From assembly GCA_950097015.1 (NCBI GenBank), contig CATNEN010000039.1:1116001-1180000 (forward strand): a DNA stretch of 64,000 bases. Reading direction: 5' to 3'. Every line of letters begins with the position of its first letter. Positions within the stretch are counted from its first letter, which is position 1. Origin of the DNA: Macrostomum hystrix (lineage: Eukaryota > Animalia > Platyhelminthes). The position numbers were made by a program, and so were the translations under genes. The notes beneath the pieces are model-generated. The model made no database searches and was not told the origin of the DNA. It saw only the letters and a list, made by a program, of their open reading frames with translations. Positions 36,751-49,816 of this stretch are shown in pieces.

Positions 36751-39072
36751 AGTCTGTGTATCATTTATCCCTTTTTCTTAAGCACTACTAAGCTTACACA
36801 TTATATTGATTCTTATAGCAGTTTAAAATTACCACATTTTAACATGAGTATGAAGTTTTAAATGGCACCACAGCTAATTTGTTTCAATAGATCTAGTAAA
36901 AAACATTTCTTTCTAAACATTTAAACAGAGTCATAGCTTTATATAACATGAACATGTGATGTTAATTAAGCCAATTTCTGGGCATCACATGACATTATAC
37001 TGAGCCACTATAAAATATTCTTGGATATAACTAAGTTCTTAGTTTTTTCTGCTTCGGGGGTCAGTGGCAGTGTTAGCATTTGCCTCTTGTGCTGAAGTCA
37101 ATACGCTTACGGCCATACTTATTTTGGGCACAGCATGGAGAGACACACGGCTTGGTATCTTGTGGTGCAATTTAAAGCCCTTGAGGGCCAACCTCAATGA
37201 GTGGTGACACCAATTTACTCTTGCAAAATATTAAAAAATATTTTTACTTAATTGTGCCTACCTTTTTTTAAAATTGACTCCCATAACTCTTTCTATGTTT
37301 TTACTCTGAAGAAGGCAGGTTAGGCATGGCCTGAATTTGTCTTTCTAAATTAAAAAATATGCCTAACATTCTAAATAGCATATAAAATACTGTTTGTAAA
37401 AAATACAATCTAATATAGTATAAATAGCAGTATTTTACATTGCCAATAAATATATGTGAGTTCCAATCTTGAGCTGAGTTGTAAGTTAAAGCAAACAGCT
37501 TATTGTGTCAAATATATATTAGGAATGTGTTTTAAAGTGTTGGATCATTTTTCTGTGTAAGATTGAGGCCGTGATCCTCTAGTCCAGGAGAGCCCTGAAG
37601 ACAGTGTTATACCAGTGAAAGAAATGCCTTAGATGGAAATTGCTTGTGCCATAAGAGATGCTATGAATAAAATGTGAGGCCCGCAAGTAATAAGAATAGC
37701 CAGTAGCATAGCAAGAGTGAAAGCATAGGAAGTTTGAGTATAGAAAGATATATTAGCTCCATCTATAACTTCCTATGGCTATTGCAGAACTCTACATTCT
37801 AGATGGCACTCATGTTTTGTTATTTTATTCATAGACAATTATTGTTCATAACAGTAGGCCTATACAAAATATTTTTGGGAATTTTCTTTTAAATTTTAAA
37901 AAATTATGAACAAGCTTGTACCAAATACTTTACACATATATGTTTTAAGTTACAGGTAAGCTACAACAGATAGAGATAGTCAGTCAACAGTGCACTGACA
38001 CCTAACCCACAGTTGCATGAATAATGGTTAGAATTACAATAGCAGATTTTTGCCTTTGTCATTTGATTTTTAAAATGCATTGTGTACAATGGGACACGCT
38101 GTCTAAATAAAGTAGAGGGCTGGACAAATCTCAGCAAAAAACACAGAATCTTGTTTACATTTTTAATAATAATATAAAGATATAATAATTTCTTCTTTTC
38201 TGGCAGATTACTTTTGATATGCAATTGGAGTTAAAATATATATATTAAGTGTCACTTAAGTGTTCTTGTTTCACTTTTTTGCTTTATGTATTATAGGGAA
38301 CTGGAACTAGAAGGGCACTGAATAATTGCCATATACTCAAACAATGCTGAGCTAGCTAATAAATAAATTTAATATAGAAGCGTAGTACGATTTTCCTGAC
38401 ACATTTGAATGTGCGCATTTACTGTAACTTTCCATATTTACACTGAAATTCGCGATGTAATTTTGTATTAGTCTTTTATTGTATTCGTACTCAACTTCCT
38501 TTGTCTATATGGCGTCTACTGTACTTTACTGTATGTTACTCAAATACTGCGCATCATCGCGAACCCTTACTCTCTACGCTAATTGGATCAGCTTGTATTT
38601 AAATACACTCTAGTGTTATTAGCGGCCTACTGGACCCGTGCGACTGGCGTCGAAGTGAAAGTTAAGTTCGAGTTACATTTATGAGAGTCCACATGAATTG
38701 AAAGCAGCTCGGTAACTTTGAATTATTTAAATAGCAGGCTCAGTATGAATACTTTTAAAAGTAACCAACTTTCTACGAATGAAACCAATTAAACAAATGC
38801 CATATATCAAAGACAATTTAGTTTAAAAATCTACTTGACTGAGCAGTAAGTCAATTTCTCTAAAAGTACTTAAAAATAATACAGAATTTCAAACAACTAG
38901 TAGCATTAAATGTTTCGTTACATGATGGCTTCATTAAAAAAGTTACCCGATGACTTTGCATAATTTCTGCATAACAGTTCTTACAACTCCTTTCTTTATA
39001 GTTGACTATTTACTAGTCTCTAAAGAAGCTTGGAATAATTATGCAAAGTCAGTTTGTCTTTGCCCGCCCCGC

Positions 39073-39304
39073 CCCGACCACACTCCGCTTGTTCAGTTAA
39101 GGTAGCTTTCGGCGCTACGCGTCTTAAGAGTACGCCCGCGACGAGGGTGGTCTAGATAGGCGCTTGTGGTCGAAGTCAGTACGTGCTCTCTTCGGAGACT
39201 CCGTCGTCAGACCGAAGGAGTGCCAACCAATAGAATCTGTCGGGGTAGCGTTTAAAGCAGCGACAACAAGAGCCTCTCGGGAAGAGTAGGGTGTAGTGGG
39301 TTTT
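39073..39304 (+). ncRNA. Candidate structured RNA of unknown class (about 230 nt)
   Basis: GC island in AT-rich DNA; complementary 5'/3' ends, several internal hairpins including a C(UUCG)G loop, ends in TTTT. No family motif recognised. Confidence 0.3.
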
Positions 39305-39887
39305 AATAAATGAAGTGAAAGCGGTGGTTCGTTTAGCAGTTTTAAGGTTGTGTTTGAAAGAGTAAAAAAGACGGTTAAATTTTAGGCTGAGTACCTCCTG
39401 TATATTTATAGTTATTAACGGCTCTCTGAAAAGTTCTTTACAATTATAACAGATATAATATAACTAATTTCGTACAGTCTAGGGTTGATGCAAACAAAGT
39501 AAATGCGCATGCTTTAAATATTTATCTATTTCATATCAATACTTTCATTAGAAAACAATTCCTAAAGAAAATCAGGAAAACTGGAAACAGCCAAAAATGG
39601 GAACCTGCTGAACAAAACCACTGCGTGCAGTACTGGCATTGGCATAAACAATCGCCGGATGGAATCAATATTAGAAAGAAGCAATAGTAATGAAGACTTA
39701 CAGTTAAGAAATAACTAAAACATACAAAAATTATGCAAAAATGCAATACTACTACCGAAATAACAAAATACTCAAGATTGCTTGAATACTCACAGACAGG
39801 TAAAAATGAAAACGAATTAAAAAGCACATCGAATAAATGCAGAGAGCTCTACTAGTAGGAAGTAGAAGGCTCAGGTGTTAGTCTGTG

Positions 39888-40570
39888 TTACTCATCTTGG
39901 CTTTGCAGCTGATCCGATTGCTTAGCTACTGCAGATCCAACTTCGAGCTCCATATAGCTGATTGGCACGCACTTTTGAAGAACTGTACAGTATAATTGGT
40001 CAGAAGATCCAGCGGAGTCTCGCAGAATCCGCGTCCTGGCGTGGTCGCTAAAGAAAATCAAAGAAAATTATAGAAATTGTAATAAAAGAGCATGCAGTCG
40101 AAGGCCGCGTTCAAATCGTCGAACCTCGGTGCGAACTACCATCGGCAAAACTAATTTATAACAATAAAATAGCAATCAATTATACTCGTAATACAAAGAG
40201 TCGTACATTTAAAATAAGTACATAAGAATATTACAAAATTTCTACGACAGAAAACTATTTTTAGTAAGTACGATACAATAACATTTTACGATTTGCTACA
40301 AGGGCGCGGACTAGGCCAGTTTGAGTAAAATCTTTTTTCCGACTTCCCCGGACCTATTTTTGCTTCTTGCTGTGAGTGCGCTATACTTTCAGTGCGAATC
40401 CCCTCATTTTTGTCGTGTGTAATCTTTTGTTTCAAGTTGAGTAAGTAAACGAGAGTCAAATCAAATCTTATTATTATATCAAGAGTTGGCGAGTCTAAAA
40501 AATATTAAATCACTTACCAATCAAATTCCTTCCGAGTATTCTGTGTTCGTTCTTTTTCATTGAGATTCAT
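39888..40570 (-). CDS. Possible two-exon 70-aa orphan ORF
   Basis: ATG 40570, donor TG|GTAAGT at 40517, acceptor TTTTCTTTAG|C at 40048, stop 39888-39890; phase-consistent. MNLNEKERTQNTRKEFDCDHARTRILRDS...QSQDE*. No homology recognised. Confidence 0.35.
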
Positions 40571-41572
40571 GCTATTACATAAGATTGTAGAAGTTCGGGC
40601 ATGATTTGTTTACTTGTTTTCTAGACATACTTCGTTCTGCAACATTTTTCCGCGCGTAAAAAATTTAACGTAGGGCCTACCCAACTCCAATTCTTGGCGA
40701 AAGCTAAACTTCCCGCGCGACTCACGCACTTGGACAAAAAAATCGCGTTATTCTTCATTTTTGCAACAGAAGCAGTAGTGTTATATTTTTCTGCTGTAAC
40801 TTTAGTTGTCCATGCATCACAGAAAGCAAATCTGCAGGCTCATATTCAGAGATAGGACACCTGCTCTACATTATACAAAAACGGAGCCTCACGAACCGGG
40901 CCTCTTTACACAAACGCCCGAACCCTATTGGACGACCAGCTAACAATAATTTTGGGATGGGTTGCGAAGATAAGCAGTGAAATGATCTGCTTATATTGCT
41001 CAAGCAGCTGTGACGTTGTCACTTTCTGCAGGAGGCGCTATGAAATTCAAATTAATGTGATCCTGTGTTGGGCCGTAAATGTAAATACGCTGCCACAAAT
41101 TTTGCAATTCCGTATTTTTCTTAGATCGCTACTGTAAGTAGACGTCAACGTACATTCGAACCCCTTGCGCCACCTGTACATATGGTCAAATGCCTGTTCA
41201 CTTTCTAGCCAATCCCGCGCTGCGGCATAAATTATGTTAAACTTTGTGCCAGCCTATTTATAGCCGCTCCCCGCCCCAGCGCGCTCCTGCACTGCGCTGT
41301 TCTGCTCTTCACTGCTCGCCACTGCTCTGCCCCGTTCTCCACTGTCACTCCCTGCCGGTCTACTCTGTGTGCCAATTCTGTCTATCCGCTAGCAATTTCA
41401 CAAGCTTGGCAACTAAACCCTACAATTTCAACTTTGAGGCCCAGTTCGCAGCCCATTGGATACAGCAGATTGAAAAAGGTATATAAAAAGTTTCTATTTG
41501 GGTTTCATGCTGTTAATTGAAACCGCCTCTCTTGTCTGGTCCAGTGGTCTATTTGGCCGTTAGGTCCTCCTG

Positions 41573-43115
41573 TCAGTAACACCATCCAGCAATGGCCAGT
41601 TTGATCAGCAGGTAAACGATCAACACGAAGGGCAGAAGGCACAGCGCCAGCAGAGCCCAGGAGACGCACTTCCCTGTGGTGGTGCGCAGGCACAGGGTCT
41701 CCGGCGCCTCAGCCTCGCTGGGATGCTCATGCTGCTAAAACAGAAGACGGGCCGAAAATGTAATCTCCAACCAACACTGAGCAAAATCTGAAACCACTGA
41801 GGCTCATCTGCAACCACTGAGGCATATCTGAGCCACTGAGGCTTATCTCCAGCCACTGAGGCTTATCTCCAGCCACTGAGGCTCATCTCCAGCCACTGAG
41901 GCTTATCTGCAGCCACTGAGGCTCATCTCCAGCCACTGAGGCTCATCTGCAGCCACTGAGGCTCATCTGCAGCCACTGAGGCTCATCTGCAGCCACTGAG
42001 GCTCATCTGCAGCCACTGAGGCTCATCTCCAGCCACTGAGGCTCGTCTGCAGCTACTGAGGCTCATCTGCAGCTACTGAGGCTCATCTGCAGCTACTGAG
42101 GCTCATCTGCAGCTACTGAGGCTCATCTGCAGCCACTGAGGCTCATCTGCAGCTACTGAGGCTCATCTGCAGCTACTGAGGCTCATCTGCAGCTACTGAG
42201 GCTCATCTGCAGCTACTGAGGCTCATCTGCAGCTACTGAGGCTCATCTGCAGCTACTGAGGCTCATCTGCAGCCACTGAGGCTTATCTCCAGCCACTGAG
42301 GCTTATCTCCAGCCACTGAGGCTCATCTCCAGCCACTGAGGCTTATCTGCAGCCACTGAGGCTCATCTCCAGCCACTGAGGCTCATCTGCAGCCACTGAG
42401 GCTCATCTGCAGCCACTGAGGCTCATCTGCAGCCACTGAGGCTCATCTGCAGCCACTGAGGCTCATCTCCAGCCACTGAGGCTCGTCTGCAGCTACTGAG
42501 GCTCATCTGCAGCTACTGAGGCTCATCTGCAGCTACTGAGGCTCATCTGCAGCCACTGAGGCTCATCTGCAGCTACTGAGGCTCATCTGCAGCTACTGAG
42601 GCTCATCTGCAGCTACTGAGGCTCATCTGCAGCTACTGAGGCTCATCTGCAGCTACTGAGGCTCATCTGCAGCTACTGAGGCTCATCTGCAGCTACTGAG
42701 GCTCATCTGCAGCTACTGAGGCTCATCTGCAGCTACTGAGGCTCATCTGCAACAAATGAGACTCATCTGCAGCCACTGAGGCTCATCTGCAGCTACTGAG
42801 ACTCATCTGCAGCTACTGAGGCTCATCTGCAGCTACTGAGACTCATCTGCAGCTACTGAGGCTCATCTGCAACCACTTAGAGGCTTATCTGCATGTGGTC
42901 TATCTGAAACCACTGAGGCTCATCTGCAACCACTGAGGCTCATCTGCAGCAACTGAGTCAGGCCAATTGATCTGTCACACACGTACCTTCGTAGTAGGCA
43001 GCGCTGGGGTGGCCTGGTTACCGGAGATCTGGTTGCAGTAAGCCGGGAAGGCGACGATGACGCTGGTGAGCAGGACCAGGAGCCCGGCCCAGCGGACTGA
43101 GGGGATGAGAAGCAT
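41573..43115 (-). CDS. Small single-pass membrane protein with signal peptide (96 aa), unknown family
   Basis: Exons 43115-42987 (MLLIPSVRWAGLLVLLTSVIVAFPAYC...TTK|gtacgt) and 41734-41573 (ttttag|QHEHPSEAEAPETLCLRTTTGKCVSWALLALCLLPFVLIVYLLIKLAIAGWCY*). Confidence 0.7.
41790..42958. repeat. Intronic minisatellite, 20-bp unit GCTCATCTGCAGCYACTGAG
   Basis: Fills intron 41735-42986. Confidence 0.97.
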
Positions 43116-43442
43116 GTCAAGGTTTTGTTGAGTTTACTGACTAGGTCTTTATGAGCTAGATAACTGGCAATCCTCAGAAAATTTTCTGCGATTTAAAAGC
43201 AGAACATTTTCCCGAAAAAACTGTCTTGCGCCCACAAATTTTTGGCTAATTCGCACTAACTTTACTTAAGACAGCACTGGAGCAGACAGCTTGTTTAGCG
43301 GAGAACTAAAGGTAGGCGGCACCCAGATGGGCCAAGCTTGATGGCCCATCTACGAATAATTAGGAAACGGAGGCTGCTCATCTGAGCAAGGCGGGGGGCG
43401 GAGAAGCACAGTGCAACTGCCAGTTGAGCAGGGAATCACCGA

Positions 43443-44873
43443 ATGAACACGAATGTAGGATATGAACACGATTGTAGGATTTGAACACGATTGTAGGATA
43501 TGAACACGATTGTAGGATATGAACACGAATGTAGGATATGAACACGAATGTAGGATATGAACACGATTGTAGGATATGAACACGAATGTAGGATATGAAC
43601 ACGATTGTAGGATTTGAACACGATTGTAGGATTTGAACACGATTGTAGGATATGAACACGATTGTAGGATATGAACACGATTGTAGGATATGAACACGAT
43701 TGTAGGATATGAACACGATTGTAAGATATGAACACGATTGTAGGATATGAACACGATTGTAGGATATGAACACGATTGTAGGATATGAACACGATTGTAG
43801 GATATGAACACGATTGTAGGATATGAACACGATTGTAGGATATGAACACGAATGTAGGATATGAACACGATTGTAGGATATGAACACGAATGTAGGATAT
43901 GAACACGATTGTAGGATTTGAACACGATTGTAGGATTTGAACACGATTGTAGGATATGAACACGATTGTAGGATATGAACACGATTGTAGGATATGAACA
44001 CGATTGTAAGATATGAACACGATTGTAGGATATGAACACGATTGTAGGATATGAACACGATTGTAGGATATGAACACGATTGTAGGATATGAACACGATT
44101 GTAGGATATGAACACGATTGTAGGATATGAACACGATTGTAGGATATGAACACGATTGTAGGATATGAACACGATTGTAGGATATGAACACGATTGCAGG
44201 ATATGAACACGATTGTATGATATGAACACGATTGAAGGATATGAACACGATTGTAGGATATGAACACGATTGTAGGATATGAACACGATTGTATGATATG
44301 AACACGATTGTAGGATATGAACACGATTGTAGGATATGAACACGATTGTAGGATATGAACACGATTGTAGGATATGAACACGATTGTAGGATATGAACAC
44401 GATTGTAGGATATGAACACGATTGTAGGATATGAACACGATTGTATGATATGAACACGATTGTAGGATATGAACACGATTGTAGGATATGAACACGATTC
44501 TAGGATATGAACACGATTGTAGGATATGAACACGAATGTAGGATATGAACACGATTGAAGGATATGAACACGATTGTAGGATATGAACACGATTCTAGGA
44601 TATGAACACGATTGTAGGATATGAACACGATTGTAGGATATGAACACGATTCTAGGATATGAACACGATTGTAGGATATGAACACGATTGTAGGATATGA
44701 ACACGATTGTAGGATATGAACACGATTGTATGATATGAACACGATTGTAGGATATGAACACGATTCTAGGATATGAACACGATTGTAGGATATGAACACG
44801 ATTGTAGGATATGAACACGATTGTAGGATATGAACACGATTGTAGGATATGAACACGATTGTAGGATATGAAC
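43443..44873. repeat. Minisatellite, 19-bp unit GAACACGATTGTAGGATAT
   Basis: About 75 copies between CCDC138-like and the small membrane-protein gene. Confidence 0.97.
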
Positions 44874-45335
44874 CAAATGCTATGAACTCGAGACCAAAAC
44901 CAGCAACTCAACTTCATGTCATATGCATTTACCTGAAATGCTAGAGAGAAAAGTGAAAAAATGTGGATTTTTTTATTATTTTAGTCTATTTGAAGTGTGG
45001 CATTGAAAGTAATTTAGTACACATACCCACTACTCACAGGAACAGCAGAAAGAGTAGTATGAATCTCACTGTAAATTGCGAATACGCTCGTATTGAAGTC
45101 AGAGTGAGTATTTAAAAATATCTTTCAAAGCTAACACAAAGAACATTGCCTACAACTGAGTTTAAAGTAAAGAGACATTCATACAATTATATATAAATCA
45201 AGACCACTGAAAAAATCTTCCGGGTGAACGGTGGACATCGTGAGCCATTTTCATTCTAAGAAATTCAACAGTAAACAGCCAGCGGTAAAATCTGAACTCA
45301 TGCAGAGCTCAGTGGGAATAACCGGAAGACAATTC

Positions 45336-48300
45336 TTAATCAGCGCCGTTCGAGTCGACGGCAGAGCGAGTCACATCGTCAACTTCGACACCGCCTGCCA
45401 CCGTCAGGTCGGTGTCGCAATCCAGCGGACGAAGGATCGCACGCAGATTGACGGCCAGAAAGTCGTCGGCTAGCGGCCCGTCAGCGACGGAGGCAAGCAG
45501 GCGGCGCGCCTCCGATGCCGCGGCCGGCGTCAGGAAGCGCCGACGCCGAGGCAGCCGGTGGCCCTCACTGATTTCATCGGCGCAGCAGCGGCGAGCCTTC
45601 TGGAGCAGCACGGCCGCGCGCTCCTGGGCGCCCCGGTCGATGCCGGCGCCAACCCGAAACAGGCCGGCCGCCAGCCGACTCGCCGTAGTCGTCGTCTCAC
45701 CGTCGGCGTCGCCAAACTGGCCGCTGTCAGCTGCGTTCAGGCGTCGCAGAAAGTCGGTGCCGACCTCGGCGTCGCAGGCGAGGCAGAGAGCGGCATCCAG
45801 GAGGGCGCGCTGGTGGGCAGCTGGCCACTGGACCGGCGACTCGGCCGACTGCAGGATTGCCAGCAGCAGCCAGTGCCCGCCGTCCAGGTTTCTGGGAGAG
45901 TTCAAGAGCCGCTTGCAGCACATGCCCGCAACAAAGCAAAATTCGAATCCCCCGATCCCAATCGCCCAGACCATCTCACCTGACAGCTGCGCGCCGTGCC
46001 TCTCTGGAATCCAAAAGCCGCCGACGCAGCGACTCAATTGCCCGCTGACGCGCCTCGAAGTCTCCAGAAGCCGCCCGCAGAATGAGCAGACAGGCCAGCA
46101 GCACCAGCTGATTGTCCTCCCCGCCACCCGGCTGCTGATGCGGCTTGTCTTCGCGGCTGGGGCGCGCCAGAAAGCGCTGGGCCAGCGACTCGGAAAGCTG
46201 ACGAACGCAGGCGGCTCCGCTGACGCGGTGGCCGGCACCGCCCAGCTCAGCCGTGGACAGCAGGCGGTGCAGGAAGCGCAGACCAGCGGCTGAGGGTTGC
46301 GCGAGCTGGCGCCGGGGCGGCTGCGGCCGGAGCAGCGCCACCAGAGGTGGCGTGCAGCGCAGCGCGGCCTCCGCGTCAGCCGGCCGGGGCCGGGGCCGCG
46401 AAGGCGATGATGATGACAATGGAGACGGCGACCAGGCCAGACGACCGACGGAGTTGTCCCAGGACATCAGCGACTGTGGCGAGGAATTTGGCTGGATTCT
46501 GCATTCGACTGAAACAACTCAGTCCCATCCCATTCACCCAGTCCCATCCCATTCACCCAATCCCATCCCATTCACCCAGTCCCATCCCATTCACCCAGTC
46601 CCATCCCATTCACCCAGTCCCATCCCATTCACCCAGTCCCATCCCATTCACCCAGTCCCATCCCATTCACCCAGTCCCATCCCATTCACCCAGTCCCATC
46701 CCATTCACCCAGTCCCATCCCATTCACCCAGTCCCATCCCATCCACCTAGTCCCATCCCATTCACCCAGTCCCATCCCATTCACCCAGTCCCATCCCATT
46801 CACCCAGTCCCATCCCATTCACCCAGTCCCATCCCATTCACCCAGTCCCATCCCATTCACCCAGTCCCATCCCATTCACCCAGTCCCATCCCATTCACCC
46901 AGTCCCATCCCATTCACCCAGTCCCATCCCATTCACCCAGTCCCATCCCATTCACCCAGTCCCATCCCATTCACCCAGTCCCATCCCATTCACCCAGTCC
47001 CATCCCATTCACCCAGTCCCATCCCATTCACCCAGTCCCATCCCATTCACCCAGTCCCATCCCATTCACCCAGTCCCATCCCATTCACCCAGTCCCATCC
47101 CATTCACCCAGTCCCATCCCATTCACCCAGTCCCATCCCATCCACCCAGTCCCATCCCATTCACCCAGTCCCATCCCATTCACCCAGTCCCATCCCATTC
47201 ACCCAGTCCCATCCCATTCACCCAGTCCCATCCCATTCACCCAGTCCCATCCCATTCACCCAGTCCCATCCCATTCACCCAGTCCCATCCCATTCACCCA
47301 GTCCCATCCCATTCACCCAGTCCCATCCCATTCACCCAGTCCCATCCCATCCACCTAGTCCCATCCCATTCACCCAGTCCCATCCCATTCACCCAGTCCC
47401 ATCCCATTCACCCAGTCCCATCCCATTCACCCAGTCCCATCCCATTCACCCAGTCCCATCCCATTCACCCAGTCCCATCCCATTCACCCAGTCCCATCCC
47501 ATTCACCCAGTCCCATCCCATTCACCCAGTCCCATCCCATTCACCCAGTCCCATCCCATTCACCCAGTCCCATCCCATTCACCCAGTCCCATCCCATTCA
47601 CCCAGTCCCATCCCATCCACCTAGTCCCATCCGCGCGTAAATCACCTAGTCATCACCTAGTCCCATTGATGCATCAACAATTTAATTCGCAAACCTCAGC
47701 CAGCTGCAGCGCCGCGCTCGCAATTGGCGCCATAGCTTCTGCCTCGGCGGCGGCGACTGCTGCGGCCAACCACTTGGCCGGAGTCTGCACTCCGACATCA
47801 ACGGTTGTCTCGCCACCGCCGCAGCACCGGCGCCTTGCGGAGGCCGTCGGAGTCGCTGGGGTCGCCGCGGCCGAGTCGCCACCCAGGTTGGCCAGGCGAG
47901 CTCGCTGCGAACGCTCGGCCCGCGCCAGACGGTCCCTCTCAGCTTCGACATCTGCCAGACGCCGACGGAGCTGCGCAGACGAGTCACGCGCCGATTTGAA
48001 AGCGTCACGCAGCCGGTCGCACTCGCGTCGCGTCGCTGCGTTGGCCTCCTCGGCGGCCAGGAGACGCAGTTCCAGGCGCGAGCGTTCGTCCGCCTCGGCC
48101 CGAGCGGCAGAAGCTGCGGCTGCCTCGGCCTCAGCTAAGGCGGCGGATTCGCGCGCTGCAAGAGCCGCCTCGCGAGCGCGAATTTGGCGCCGCTGGCGCC
48201 GCAGGGCGGAGTGAATGGCGCGCAGCTCCCGCATGGCGTGGCCCAGCTGGCCGAATTCGGCCACGGTCAGGTCCATCGTGCCAATGTCCGAGCCGCTGGC

Positions 48301-48414
48301 ACTGCTGTCGCTCTCGCCGTTGGCGTCAATCATCGCCGCTTTTGACTTCGTGTTCGAGCCCTTCGACGTCGCAGAAGAAGAGGACGGCCGCAGGGCGAGC
48401 TTCATCTCAGCCAT
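45336..48414 (-). CDS. Coiled-coil protein with helical C-terminal domain, CCDC138-like (589 aa)
   Basis: Exons 48414-47695, 46473-45980, 45891-45336 join in phase. N-terminal coiled coil (ELRAIHSALRRQRRQIRARE); C-terminal ERAAVLLQK and FLAVNLRAIL resemble CCDC138 motifs as I recall them (needs a homology search). Confidence 0.65.
46520..47632. repeat. Intronic minisatellite, 19-bp unit CAGTCCCATCCCATTCACC
   Basis: Fills intron 46474-47694. Confidence 0.97.
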
Positions 48415-48454
48415 TCAATAACACGGCTTCAGGGTCGAAATCACGCTGGAAGCA

Positions 48455-49085
48455 GGCATGGATAGACAGTGGATGGCGGATGATAGACAATGGATGGCGT
48501 CATGGATAGACAATGGATGGCGGCATGGATAGACAGTGGATGGCGGCATGGATAGACAATGGATGGCGGATGGATAGACAATGGATGGCGGCATGGATAG
48601 ACAATGGATGGCGGCATGGATAGACAGTGGATGGTGGCATGGATAGACAATGGATGGCGGATGGATAGACAATGGATGCTGGCATGGATAGACGGAGGGT
48701 GGCGGCAAGGATAGACGGAGGGTGGCGGCAAGGATAGACGGAGGGGGGCGGCAAGGATACACGGAGGGTGGCGGCAAGGATAGACGGAGGGTGGAGGCAT
48801 GGATAGACGGAGGGTGGCGGCAAGGATAGACGGAGGGTGGCGGCAAGGATAGACGGAGGGTGGCGGCAAGGATAGACGGAGGGTGGCGGCATGGATAGAC
48901 GGAGGGTGGCGGCAAGGATAGACGGAGGGTGGCGGCATGGATAGACGGAGGGTGGCGGCAAGGATAGACGGAGGGTGGCGGCAAGGATAGACGGAGGGTG
49001 GCGGCAAGGATAGACGGAGGGTGGCGGCAAGGATAGACGGAGGGTGGCGGCAAGGATAGACGGAGGGTGGCGGCAAGGATAGACT
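48455..49085. repeat. Minisatellite, 23-bp unit GGATAGACGGAGGGTGGCGGCAW grading into GGATAGACARTGGATGGCGGCAT
   Basis: Ends about 10 bp before the CCDC138-like 5' acceptor (48446-48447). Confidence 0.93.
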
Positions 49086-49816
49086 TAAGTTTTACTAACA
49101 AGATAAAAGAATAATTGTTTGAAGTATTTACTTACTTAAACAAAAATGAAATAAATCTGGAGAAGGCGAGTACTATATAATTGAAATCGGCAGTTTGCGC
49201 TCAGTAGAGCTCAAGGAATTACAGGTCAATACAAGGCAAAGCACATTTGCAGCGAAGTCTATAACAGAAAGATACGCAAATCAATACTCGCAAAGATCTC
49301 AAAGAACAAAATAATCTGTCCAAGTCACTGGTTCAAATTAGGCCAAAAAATCACTTCACGCGCTACTGACAAAGCTTGTTAAGTAGTCTAAGCGGGACAT
49401 CTAATATTACATAACTTGCAAGCATTTCATTAGTAATAATGCTAGACTAGCCTGATACAAAACACTCGTAAATAGATCTACGAGCCCGTAAAAAAGTTTT
49501 AAAGCGATCTGCAGCCTTTCAGGCTATTGTGTAGAGACTAGTCTGAGCAGGTCAGAATACCAAACTCAAAGGCCTCTCGGATATTGCAGGTCATTGATAT
49601 GCAATGCTAGAATGAAAGAACAGTAAATAGTTCGGCACAGAAACGTTATTAAAGCCATAAATGTAAAAAAGGCAGGTGGGCAAGTCCATAGGAACTCAAG
49701 TCAGTGCGGCTCCGTTTTGGTGACAGCACAAAGGGACACCGATCAACACGGAACATTGGGACGGCTGCGACACGCGTTTTTCATGCCTGAAAGACGGGAC
49801 AGCACTAAAGATTGCG

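Noticed and set aside
40341-40356. GACTTCCCCGGACCT resembling RNase MRP CR-I
   Set aside because: Lacks GAAAG and has no partner CR-V or flanking helices
43325-43351. Perfect 10-bp hairpin AGATGGGCCA/TGGCCCATCT
   Set aside because: Isolated, too short for a pre-miRNA and not a histone stem-loop
3401-47632. CRISPR-like appearance of regular 19-47-bp repeats
   Set aside because: Units are head-to-tail with no unique spacers, there are no cas genes, and the context is eukaryotic
15979-48421. Plus-strand GC-rich ORFs overlapping exons (e.g. 16820-17389, 24851-25567, 26417-27115, 45412-46293, 47666-48214)
   Set aside because: Antisense shadows of GC-rich minus-strand coding exons
5155-49085. 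Consistent strand bias (C-rich sense strand) of the arrays
   Set aside because: Holds for several arrays but is reversed at 5155, 28830 and 46520
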